DNA of 64,000 nucleotides. Origin: Neoconidiobolus thromboides FSU 785. Lineage: Eukaryota; Fungi; Entomophthoromycota. The position numbers and the translations under genes are program-made. Of the stretch, positions 52,184-63,156 are shown piece by piece; position 1 is the stretch's first letter, and the number at the start of each line of letters is the position of its first letter. The notes under the pieces are model-generated. The model did no database searches. It saw nothing but the letters and a program-made list of their open reading frames with translations, and was not told the origin of the DNA. The stretch lies in NCBI GenBank assembly GCA_025603075.1, contig MU626350.1, positions 1 to 64,000 on the forward strand. The letters are read 5' to 3'.

Positions 52184-52830
52184 TTATAAAATAAATATAA
52201 CTAGGTCAACTGTTTCCTTTTTATATTTTCTATATACTTGATGACTATTTTTCCATCACTTTTATAGCTTCTTCAAAGTTTTTTTTAAATATCCAAATTA
52301 GGTTGATCATCTATTAACCATTTTATTCATTATAACTTATTAAATTTACAAAGAATAACCTGCAACTCTTATTTTTTTACCTGATAGTTAATTTCTTTAA
52401 CTAAAGTCAAATTCTTTTCGGCACATTTAATTTCAATGTTTATCCTGTTTTTTTATAAAATGTTTATCCTATTTTTTTCTATAGCAAAATTGATCATTAT
52501 ATTACTTTTAGTATATGCCAAAGTGGCATTATAAGTGCATTTATTCTTAAATACTAAAATGCTATTGAAATATTAAAGTTTAAATTCCAAATGTTATGAT
52601 AATGATAAAATAAAGCAATAGATATTAGTAATGATATAAAAGAACAAAAGGCTTGTTTTAGACCAATTAATTGATTAATAGCGGTTATATAACTAAAGGT
52701 TTAACCTAGGAAATAACTTAATATTTATTGTTCAAAGTTAAATTCAATTATTTTAACATTTCAATCATTATAGCTATAAAAGTTTATGCTTTAGTACAAA
52801 GCTTTAGAATTATGTTTCAAATTAATATAT

Positions 52831-53094
52831 AGGAATGTTTTTTACATATACTCTTTGCTATTTTAAAATTTAGAAATTAATTAGCTAAAGCAGCTGTTTA
52901 AGCTCAAATATGTGCTAGTAGATTATGAATTTTATAGCTAACTATCTGTTATATTATATTATTTAAGGTTTATTAATTTGGTTTTTATTCAAAATGAACA
53001 GTTAGTCAGTACACATCCAAGGTTAAATAGTATACCAGTTAATTTCTATATCTAAAAAATAGCAAAAAAAGAAATTAGTAAAAAAAACATCCCC
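52831..53094 (+). mobile_element. MITE family B, copy B3 (diverged)
   Basis: AGGAATGTTTTTT...AAAAAAACATCCCC; perfect TSD ATAT/ATAT; colinear with B2 (AGCTGTTTAAG, TTATAGCYAAYTAT, AAAATRAACAGTTA, AAAAAATAGCAAAAAA). Confidence 0.8.
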
Positions 53095-53439
53095 ATATTT
53101 TAAATTGTCAACAATATGGACATAAAATCATTAGTAAATCCTTTTATTTATGTAAAGTCAATAATACTTTTTCAAGTTGATTTTAAAAATTAGTAAACTA
53201 ACTACACTATTTTAGATGGTATAATATTATGTATAGAAATAATTTGATTCCTGGTTAAAACATTAAAAATATTTTGTTTGTATGTGTATAAATTTGATGT
53301 TTTATTTTTTGTTTACAGTTTATCAAAATAATCAAGACACTATGTTATAATAAATATAACTTGTTTACGTAATAATTAAAATAAATTCGATTTGGGTATA
53401 AAAAGTTTGTTTTTAATTTTATAGATACATTAAACATAA

Positions 53440-54077
53440 ATGAAGTGGTATTCAACATTAAAATCAAAGGTAAAAAAAGCCCAAGATAACTATGTACAGT
53501 TAAGTACCTGCTACAAGCAGCAACCTTTTGTGAGAACAGTAGTAGTTCGAGGATCAGAAGTAATTGAAAATGAACTCTACTTGATTGTCACAGCACATCT
53601 AAAGTCGGATAAAATTGTTCATTTGGAAAAGAATAATGCGTTTGAGTTATGTTGGTAATTTTATTTTTTTATAATAATTACATCAGCATTTTATATCTTA
53701 TATTATGCAGGTATTTAAATGAGCTTAATGAACAGTATAGAATAAGAGGTGAAGGTTATGTAGTGAAAAAAGGGGATGGGTATAAGAGTTTAACAGAAAT
53801 AGAAATACTAGATTTGAAGAAACGTTATTTTAATAAATTAAATGATCAGTTGAAGTTAAGCTTTTATATTGATAATACGGGTGTACTTAAGACAGAAGAA
53901 GAGACTGCTAAAGAATACGATGAGGCATCAATGAAAGAAAAAGCGCTCTCTAATTTTACTTTATTATTGTTGAAACCCGATCATGTTGATCATCTAGAAT
54001 TAACTAACAATAAAAGGTATGAGTATCAGCTTATCAAAAAGGATCAAGGGTGGAGTAAAGTTGAATTGATACCATAA
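53440..54077 (+). CDS. Pyridoxamine 5'-phosphate oxidase-like FMN-binding protein
   Basis: QLST...PFVRTVVVRG, KSDKI, FELCW|YL...EQYRIRG, LLKPDHVDHLEL; one intron. Confidence 0.8.
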
Positions 54078-54112
54078 TAAAAAAACAATTTCTTATTTTA
54101 TTTTATTTCAAA

Positions 54113-55693
54113 TTAGTCACTGGCATGAAGATAATGTCTTAGATCCAAATTTACTTGATCACTCAAAGTTTTAATTAATTCGAAACTAACTTCACATTTT
54201 AATTTAATATCCTCTAACCTACCGTAACCTCCAACTTGAGATATAAATTGATTCGAAATTAAGGTTGCTAACTAAAATAATTAATTAGATGAATAGTAAG
54301 TAGAAACAGATTAAAAGCATACTAAATTATCAATTTGAGAAGTATCAATAAGTTCTTCAGTCAAAATAGAATAAAAAATAGCCATTAATCGATCCATTGG
54401 GAAGAAACTTGGTTCTTTAGGGTCATTATCCTATTGAAAGTTTAATTACTATATTTTATTTATTTCAAATATAATACTTACTTTATTTTTACGTTCTCTT
54501 TTATTTTTGTTTAATAAATTCCCGTTTAAAATTCTATTTGTACCATTATAAAAATAGATGGGATCAAGTTTAGCTGGATTATAACTTGCCAAATAACTTG
54601 CTATCAATAAGTATTTGGCATAATAAGGTAGTATAATCGGATTGTTATTCGCCTCAAGTTCACTTTGTACAACTTGAGTTTGATTATTTTGTTCCTCGTC
54701 ATCGATATTTATAAATTTAAGTTCAACCATAGCATCTGCATATCCATTTTTTGCAAAAACACCATAAAGAAAAGAAGGCTGAAAAGACTCAGTTGACTGT
54801 GAGGTGATAACAGGGATTGAATAAATTAACAGATAATGGTAAAATAGATGAATCAAAAAAGGTATATGGGTACTCTTTTTAATAAAAATGGCCTTTAGAA
54901 ACAAGTCTAAAAAATTCACTTTTAAACTCAAATACTCTTTTTTTTGAAATAAATTAATAATCGCTTCTCGCTTTTCTTTCTTTTCCATGGCTTCTGCTTT
55001 TTTTAATAGAATCTTTTTCATTTCCTCAACATTATAGTTTTTGAAATTTAATTGAAAAGGCTCTCTTATTCCAATACTTAACCTTAGTTTACTATATGGT
55101 AAATTACTTATCAATATCACTTTAAAATCAATATTTATCTAAAAACTCAAATTAAAATACTAGTTAAGTATAATGAATAAGGTTTACTTTTTCTTTAATT
55201 TTTAACAAACACGATAACAATTGAGCTGGTAAAGAGTGAAGCCTTTCAGCATTATCCAGTATCTAATATTAATAAGTAAGCGAATATTTGGATTAATAAC
55301 AAAAATAAGTTACCAAGTAATAAACCTTTCCGCTATCCAAGCATTTTAAATGACTTAAAAATAAACTTAGCTTACTGCAACTCTCCTTTTTTTTAAATAA
55401 TAAATATAAAATCCTGTTTAGCACTAAACTTAACGAGTAACATTCTATTAAATCAATATAAACCAAATTCTTTTGCGCATAGATTTTTTTTAATAAAGTA
55501 GTTTTGCCTCCATTGCTTGAGCCCCATATATATATGAAATCAACTATAGGACACTATCAGCTTTGGATTAATGTTAAAGTAGCTGTATGTTTTAAAACTA
55601 ACTTACTCTATCTATATTACTCAATATATCGATCTCCTTTTCTCTACATGGAAACTCCTGTTTGAGCAAAGCTTTATTAATTTTGGACTCCAT
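54113..55693 (-). CDS. ORC5: Origin recognition complex subunit 5
   Basis: FPCREKEI, Walker A WGSSNGGKT, LPYYAKYLLIASYLASYNP, FPMDRLMAIF. Confidence 0.88.
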
Positions 55694-55776
55694 CTCTTTT
55701 TAAACAAATAATCAAAAAGATTATAATTTGAATATTAACATTTTTTTGTTTCGTCAAAAAAAAAAAAATCAAAAAA

Positions 55777-55784
55777 TTTCGCGC
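55777..55784. promoter_or_regulatory. TTTCGCGC: E2F-type / SCB-type site in the divergent ORC5-SND2 promoter
   Basis: Exact match ~85 bp upstream of the ORC5 ATG; CGCG is rare in this AT-rich window; function inferred. Confidence 0.4.
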
Positions 55785-55915
55785 TTTATTATTGGTCCGT
55801 TTTATCTATTCCAAAATTTGTTTAAAATTGAAATTTTGATGTTTTAGTTTAAAATTCTTCATTTTATACTATTATATTAGCAACAAAAAAGGAAAGAAAG
55901 GAGTAATAACAAGAC

Positions 55916-56508
55916 ATGGTAAATAATAAACATAACACGATATTCTAATCATAATAAAGAGCAATTATGTAGGCCAATTTACAAAAGAAAAAAATAATTC
56001 AAAAGAATGAGCAATTATTGACTCAATTACAAAAGATATTTTTAGGAGTTAACGCTTATTTTATCATAATAAGACTACTGTTTCAATACTCTAGTTTAAC
56101 TTTCTATAACTTACTAGCTTATATATTTACTGTTGGATTATCCTGGTTGATTTATTTTCAATTAATTAAGCTAGCAAAGCCTACACTTAATGGTGCTCAA
56201 ATCGTTAACCCTGGTGAGGACTTGTCTAGTAAAGGCTTGATAAGGTAAGTGATATCATAATATTACATACTAAGCAGTATTAATATTATTAGCTATATGT
56301 TTGATATACTTTATATTACATGGTTTATTCAAGTAACTACAACCATTTCAAACTATTTTTGGTACGTCTATCTATTAGTAAGTTTAATTTAGTATGATAT
56401 GTTGTAAGTTATTTATTTCTGTTCATTGTTTAGATACCAGGTTATGGAGCTTATTTATTAATCTTTAATATTGTATTGCCCATCTTTAAATTTCGAAACG
56501 GCCCTTAA
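55916..56508 (+). CDS. SND2: SRP-independent targeting protein Snd2/TMEM208 (DUF788)
   Basis: ATG|intron|ANLQKKKII, GEDLSSKGLI|SYMFDILYITW, YLL|IPGYG. Confidence 0.8.
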
Positions 56509-57151
56509 AAATTAAATTGTGTTATTTTTCAGTTTTTGATACTTATGCTTATTTTGTTGTTCTATTGCTTATTGATTCATTTATTTTTTGTTTTATTGAA
56601 TACATAAGTATGATATTATTCGTGTATATTGTAATATTTTGAATATAGTATTATTTTGGGTTTAAATTCCATCTACGATTTGAACCAATGATTCCTGTGT
56701 AAGTAAAGCTAATAATGGTAAAAAATAGTCAAAAATTAATATATTGGAAAACTAGTCTAAATGCGGTAACAACACAAAATAAATTTTTATTAAAATTTCA
56801 GAAATAAGGATAAAGCTATTACTTATATATCAGTATATTTCGGGTCATAAGCATCCATTTGTTTTTAGTAATTAAATAGTAGTTTGAATAGGTCTATATA
56901 ACCTTAGGTAATGATTAGTAACATTTGTTTTTTTATATGGTCAAAAATACATATATGGTAAACCTGTATGATTTCGTCATAAAAAACATTTATGATTCAA
57001 CTAATCGAAAACAAGAATTTTTAATATCAAATAAAAATTGTAATTTCTAATTAAGTTATTTATTATAAAAGTAATATTATAAATATAAACACTACGTTTT
57101 TGTTTTTATTATCTTCACTTTTTGTTTTTTTTCGTTTTTTATTTTTATAGT

Positions 57152-58045
57152 ATGATAAATGAAAACCCTATTGGGTATTTGCTAAACTGTATAGGAGCAA
57201 TATCAGCCATAGCTAGTATACTGTTAATATATATAGTAGTTAAATTAAGATCGTACACGAGGGATCTAAAATTGATAATATTAATAGCATCTATCGAGCT
57301 GATGTTTCCATTAGTATCCATGTCGGATATAATACCAACTATAATAACCAATGACGATGCAATCAATAATCCTGTGCTATGTCAATATTTAGGATTTTTT
57401 ACAATCTTATTGATCTTTTCCCAGTTTATTGTTTCTGCTTTTTTGGCAATGGAAAGATTAAAGGTTGTAACTAAACTTAACATTATCAAATACACCATTT
57501 TTCCTGGGATCTTATCATTATTATTTCATATATGTTTATCAATTTATCTAGCTGTCAATACTGAATTTAAAGCTCAAGCTGCAAAGCTTGTTTGCTCCAT
57601 CTATCCTAAAACTTCAGTTGTTTCAACCATCGCTTTCTATCATTTTATCATTATTTCACTCATGAGTTTAATAATAATCATATTAAGTTATATAAAGATA
57701 GCTTTTTACCTGACCAATTTATCACAGTTTATAGATTTAAATATTACAGAGTGCAATCTTGATACTACTAAGAACAATAAAAAGAGAGCCTCCTTAAGAA
57801 TTTATTATACACTATCCCTTTATTCTATTTGTATGTTTTTAGGCCTTGTGTCAATCGTTATTGATACAATATTTCATCTTCTAGAATCTAATGGAAACTT
57901 ACAATTTATCTTTGGTACTATTGCTACCACTTTAATGACCCTTGGTTTCTTCTTGAACTCTGTTTTGGTGCTTGCTACTCATACCGCAATTAATCATGAG
58001 CTCAAAATTAGAGCAAGGATGTGGTATAATAAAATTTTTAACTAG
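57152..58045 (+). CDS. Seven-transmembrane receptor, class A-like; paralog of 46803-47708
   Basis: Seven hydrophobic segments; FLAMERL; LCQYLG and LVCSI cysteines; colinear with the first receptor. Confidence 0.8.
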   Translation: MINENPIGYLLNCIGAISAIASILLIYIVVKLRSYTRDLKLIILIASIELMFPLVSMSDIIPTIITNDDAINNPVLCQYLGFFTILLIFSQFIVSAFLAMERLKVVTKLNIIKYTIFPGILSLLFHICLSIYLAVNTEFKAQAAKLVCSIYPKTSVVSTIAFYHFIIISLMSLIIIILSYIKIAFYLTNLSQFIDLNITECNLDTTKNNKKRASLRIYYTLSLYSICMFLGLVSIVIDTIFHLLESNGNLQFIFGTIATTLMTLGFFLNSVLVLATHTAINHELKIRARMWYNKIFN

Positions 58046-58379
58046 CTTATTATAGGTTTTTGTTCAGTACTGTGATTTACTGATTTATGGTTTTTCAAGT
58101 ATTATAATAATCAACCAGATTATAATCCAATTATTGTTTTAAGTTAAATTGTCTTATGTTATTTTTGTTTAGTTTTAGCAATAGTGCTATGCTATATTTT
58201 TTTGAGCTTTAACCTATTTATCATTTGTTGTTAGTCATAACGTTTTCATAGCTTTCATTTAATTCATATAGTCATTGCTTTATTTGCACAGTACTAAATA
58301 TCAAATCTAAAACTTTAACACAATATGTGTAATAATTAAAGCCATTTAAGAGCAAATCCCTAGGGATAAATTCGAACGT

Positions 58380-58471
58380 GAGGTGTTTTTTTGTTTCATC
58401 ACTTTTCCATTTTTGAGTGTTATTTAAGTGGAAAAATTGTCAGTAAAATTCTCAAATCAGGTTATATCCTC
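58380..58471 (-). mobile_element. MITE family A, copy 11 (degenerate)
   Basis: GAGGTGTTTTTTT...ATATCCTC; core CCATTTTTGAGTGTTATTTAAGTGGAAAA; ~180 bp upstream of SDH3. Confidence 0.78.
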
Positions 58472-58651
58472 ATATATTAAGGATTAGTCCAAAAAATCTA
58501 CTAAATAAATAATTAGCGAAATTTTGGTGTAAAAAATTACTTATTTGAACTTAAACATATGTGAATAATAAAGTTTAAAAATGAACCAATCGTCAATAAA
58601 TCACTCTAAAATTAATTTTTGAATTTATACTCATTAGCTTTTTATTTTAAA

Positions 58652-59149
58652 ATGAACGCATTAACCAAGAAAATTATATTAAATGGGGTTACTAAGCCAC
58701 GTGGAGCCACGATATTGAATCAATTAAGTAAATACACTAGCAACACAACTAACAAAGCAGTCTTAGAAAACATCCAAAAAGTAAAAAACAGTCGACCACG
58801 TTCCCCATTTTATGCCTACAACTTGTACCAATCTAATATGGGAGCTTCAATGGGCCATCGTATTGGTGGTGTAGGCTTAGGTCTAGGATTCTATGCTATC
58901 GTTCTCGCTTATCCAGTTTTAGGTTTAACTTCAGATGTAGCTTTGGAATATCTACAAGTTGTACCAGAGCCAGTTAAAACCGGTGCCAAGTTTATCATCG
59001 CTTTCCCATTCATGCTTCATTCCTTTAATGGAGTCCGTCATTTAGTTTGGGATGCCGCTTCTGGTCTTACTGTTAAGGCAGTTGCTAATTCAAGTTATTT
59101 TGTCTTTGGAGCTTCTCTTTTATCCTCTATTGGTTTAGCCTCTTTATAA
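58652..59149 (+). CDS. SDH3: Succinate dehydrogenase cytochrome b subunit
   Basis: RPRSP, SMGHRIGG, HSFNGVRHLVWD. Confidence 0.92.
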   Translation: MNALTKKIILNGVTKPRGATILNQLSKYTSNTTNKAVLENIQKVKNSRPRSPFYAYNLYQSNMGASMGHRIGGVGLGLGFYAIVLAYPVLGLTSDVALEYLQVVPEPVKTGAKFIIAFPFMLHSFNGVRHLVWDAASGLTVKAVANSSYFVFGASLLSSIGLASL

Positions 59150-59921
59150 AAAATTTAAAACTTTATTTTTGTATTATATTTTTTTGTTGAATTGGGATCA
59201 TTTCTCATTAGGTTGTTGAAAAGAAAACAATTAAAGATTATTGGTCAAAATAGTTAAAATTTCATTCGATAAATATCTATTACAAAAAAAATCGAATATA
59301 TTTTTAAATATCATTAATTCTGATCTTAAATTTTAAAAAAGAGTATAAACATTAGGCTAAATCACTCACTCCAATATAATAAGCAAGATTTATGAAACTC
59401 CCAATTGGAAGTTTGTACATAATCTAATCCATTTAGTATAATTCATATGGGGTATATAATGAGCCAATGTGTTAGCGAGCAAAAGTCGACAGTAATAGAT
59501 ATCTAAACTATTAGTTGATTTTTATAATGTTAGAAGTGTAGTGGACACTTTTCATGAAAGTTTATAAAAGTTTCTACTATAATTCTTATTGTTTTTAAAA
59601 TGGTTATTGTTATATAAAGCAAATCAACTATCTCAAAGATTAACTGCATCTTCCTTTCTAACCTTTCACTATATTTTGACAAAAAAGTGATTAACTTTTA
59701 ATATCATCCAGTGCCCTATTTTTATAAAAAGCAAAAAAGATCATAAAATAATCAAATACTGGATAGAAAAAAGTATATCAAAGAGAGCTCATACAAGAAT
59801 ATAGAGCTTTCGTACCTATTGGTGGTATAAATACTAATGTTTCTGATTATCAAGAAGCCGAAAGTGTTTTCTAAAGATAAACATAAATCTTTTTTAATAT
59901 TCATTATCAAAAACAAAATTG

Positions 59922-60019
59922 GAGGATGTTTTTTTGGCTTCATTATTTTTTCCACCTTTTAAGCACTATTTGGGTGGAAAAATTATCAGTAAAATTATTA
60001 AACACAAAAATACATCCCC
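59922..60019 (-). mobile_element. MITE family A, copy 12
   Basis: GAGGATGTTTTTTT...AAAAATACATCCCC; flanks ATTG/ATTA. Confidence 0.88.
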
Positions 60020-60439
60020 ATTAGTTGCTACAAAAGAATACAATTACATCTATATTGTATACTTCAATTAGTAGGATTTTATTATTCTATCTATTAAGAA
60101 CTACATCTAATTTGCTTTAATAAATTTCTTGATAGCTAGCTCATTAATCAATTTAGGTATTACTACCACTGTTACTATTTTTTTTAATCAATGATCTTGT
60201 TACAACATCAACATACCATTTTAATTAAAAAATTTCTTATATGACTATAGTACTGTTTACTGCGTTCCATTCGGAAAATATAAATCGTAGCTGTTTTAAA
60301 TAACGCTACACAATATCAGATAAAAAAGCATTATATAGATAAAAAAATTTATTATGATAATGATATTATAAATGATAACAGATAGAAGCCCTCTATGGAT
60401 TGAATTGTAAAATTACTTTTTTAACTATTTTGTTGAAAA

Positions 60440-61576
60440 TCAACGATAGAGTGTTGATAAAAGCTTATTGAGTACAAGTACATAATGAGTAACACTATAA
60501 GGACCAAGCTGTTTTTGTCCACAATTAGGATCTTCATCATAAGATTGATCACAATAAACAAATTCAGTTTTTAAAAATGATATATGGGGATGTATTTTGT
60601 GTTTAAGAATTTTACTAACAACTTTTCCGCTTAAATAGCGCTTAAAAAATGGAAAAAATAATGAAATAAAAAAAACTCTCATATTACGTTCATAAATTTC
60701 AGTTCCCGAGTGAATCTAACTATAGCTCCTTGATGGGACATGAAGCATAATACCATTCATGTTGGTATAAGAGGTCACTCAATGTTTTCCATCTGCAACA
60801 AGTCGAGCAAGTCCTTCATTTCCTACCCTTGGGCTCAAATAAGCAAGTACTTTCATTTGATTATTCAATTTGTTTTCTTTTAAAAAATCTCTCCATCTCA
60901 AAGAACTGATAGTGGCCATAGCAGCACCCAAAGAATACCCAGTGATTAAGAACTTATAAACTTTATATTTTGGATTTTTAAGCAAAGGATACACAGCTTC
61001 TTCAGATTTATACTGTAATGCAGTTATAGCTTCATATATCCCTTTATGGACTAAAACGCCTTCTTTAGCAACAGGATATTGAATAAGCTCGCAGTCAAAA
61101 TCGGTCATCATGTTTTTTAAGCTAATAGTACCGCGATAAGAAATTAAAACAGTTTTAATAGCTGTATCAACCCCAGTTACTGAAAAAAGATTTTTTCTTT
61201 TGTTTCTGATAAATGAACTGTATAAGAAAGTCTTGGAGCAGATACAGTCTCCTCTACGAACTAAAATTTCAGGACAAAGGGGAAGTACGGAATATTTATA
61301 ATTCAAAAACAAATCTTTAATTGTAGAAGAAATAATATTACGTGGTTTAGATAATCTTTTACTTGGTACTCTTTTTTCTAAGGATCGTAAATCTCTAAAT
61401 AACCCACAGCCCTGATGTTTAAATATTGACTTTTTATCAAATAAAGTAAAATACACCCCATTCTTTTTAGCTAGTAAGTTTTTATAGACATTTTTAATCA
61501 TGTTAGAGCCTCGAGATCCATAAACATTAGTGTTGTAATCTAAATTTGATAGCGTTAAGTACTTAACTGAGACCAT
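60440..61576 (-). pseudogene. Class-3 lipase pseudogene 1
   Basis: SYRGT, VHKG, GYSLG nucleophile elbow, SPRVGN, C-terminal YDEDPNC. In-frame stops at 60779 and 60716; expected catalytic Asp appears as Gly (NGIM); MITE copy 13 inserted. Confidence 0.8.
60586..60680 (+). mobile_element. MITE family A, copy 13 (inside lipase pseudogene 1)
   Basis: GGGGATGTATTTT...AAAAAAACTCTC; perfect TSD ATAT/ATAT. Confidence 0.92.
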
Positions 61577-61913
61577 TTTAACATAAGTTCCGTTTAGGTA
61601 TAGATCAAATCTTTTGATTTAATCTTTGTTTTGTATCTAAATTATAAATTTAGATTAGTGTTAATCTTCCTCTAGACGACAATTCGCTTCCTTATTTGTT
61701 TATTTAAAGTAGTTAATATTTTTAAGTTTATAAATCCTTTTCTTCATGCGTTTAACTGTATAATCTTGAACCAATCTCACATGTTTTAGATTGTAAACCA
61801 TCATCTATATCGCAAACTCTTCTATACACTGCACAAATTTTGAATATGTTTTATAAAAAAAAATTAAATTTTACCAAGCAACCTTTAAATAGGTTTTAAA
61901 ATTACAAGGATAT

Positions 61914-62007
61914 GAGGGTGTTTTTTTTGGCTCCATTACTTTTTCCATCTTTCAAGCACTATTTGAGTGGAAAAGTTGGCAAAATTCTTAAACAAAAATA
62001 CATCGCC
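61914..62007 (-). mobile_element. MITE family A, copy 14 (between the lipase copies)
   Basis: GAGGGTGTTTTTTT...AAAAATACATCGCC; perfect TSD ATAT/ATAT. Confidence 0.88.
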
Positions 62008-62794
62008 ATATAATAAAAGTTTCTTTTTTCAAAACATTAAAAAAACTCTGCCAAAAATGTATACTAGTTAATATAATATTACTATGGTGTTTAATAATTA
62101 CTACATTTGGTCACTCTAAATTGTATTTATACTCAATTAAAATAGCTAACAAAAATATCATTACTATATTTTCAGTTCTATACAGCAGCCTTGTTGCATT
62201 ATAAGTAAATTGTTTTGGTTAAGAGATTTTTATTATGGTTATAATATAGACCATGGATTTACACTTGAAGCGTTTATATTAAAAATCTTTTATATAGCCA
62301 TGATATTGACAAGAATATATCATAAATGGACAAAACAAAAGTAAAAAAACTTAGCTATATTAATGATTTTTACTGCAATTAACAAAAAGCCGGTCCTAAA
62401 GGCTTATCGAATACAAGCGGACAGAGAACTCCACTATAAGGACCTAGTTGACTTTGACCATAATCAAGGTCTTCATCATAATTCTGACCACAATAAACCA
62501 ATATCGGTTTTCGAAACAATACTTTGCATTCACAAATTCGAGCTGCTCCATGAACATAGCTAAAACTTCTTATGCAAAATAAGTAAAGATATTATTCTTA
62601 TTAGTATATCGAGTAACTGAATAGTTGGCGTCTGCGATGTATTAAGCAAAACCTCCATTATTTACTTTTGGACTTGTATAGGCAAATATCTCCATTTCAT
62701 TGTTCAAGTTATTTTCTTTTAAAAGCCTTTTCCATCTTCGGTTCCCTAAGATAGCTAAAACAGCGCCTAAATCAAACCCAGTGATTTAAAAATT

Positions 62795-62891
62795 GAGACT
62801 GTTTTTTGTAGTTTCATTATTTTTCCATTTTTTAAGCGCTATTGAGTGGAAAGGTCATTGATAAAATTCTTAAACAAAAAAACACATCCTT
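62795..62891 (-). mobile_element. MITE family A, copy 15 (inside lipase pseudogene 2)
   Basis: GAGACTGTTTTTT...AAAAACACATCCTT; flanks AATT/ATTT. Confidence 0.85.
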
Positions 62892-63062
62892 ATTTGAAAT
62901 TTCTATGCTTTGAGTTTCCAAGTAAGGAAAGGATTAATACTTCGGATTGTTTTTCCAATGTAATTGCTACTTCGTAATAACCTCCATAGATCAAAGCGTT
63001 CTTTTTGGCATCAAGATAAAGAATAGGTTCAAAATCAAGGTCAATTTCCAGCTCCACGATAT

Positions 63063-63156
63063 GAAGACATTTTTTTGTTTAAAAATTTTACTAACAATCT
63101 TCCTGCTTAAATAGCGCTTAAAAAATGGAAAAAGTGATAAAATCAAAAAAATTCAC
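63063..63156 (+). mobile_element. MITE family A, copy 16 (inside lipase pseudogene 2)
   Basis: GAAGACATTTTTTT...AAAAAATTCAC; core CTTAAATAGCGCTTAAAAAATGG; perfect TSD ATAT/ATAT. Confidence 0.85.

Noticed and set aside
446-63156. Repeats interpreted as a CRISPR array or REP elements
   Set aside because: The sequence is eukaryotic. Copies are dispersed in both orientations with TIRs and TSDs, have no regular spacers, and there are no cas genes.
60586-63156. Family A as a precise introner (intron-generating element)
   Set aside because: The GT and AG lie inside the element, so splicing would leave ~50 nt. Two of the three genic insertions are antisense to the host gene, and both hosts are pseudogenes.
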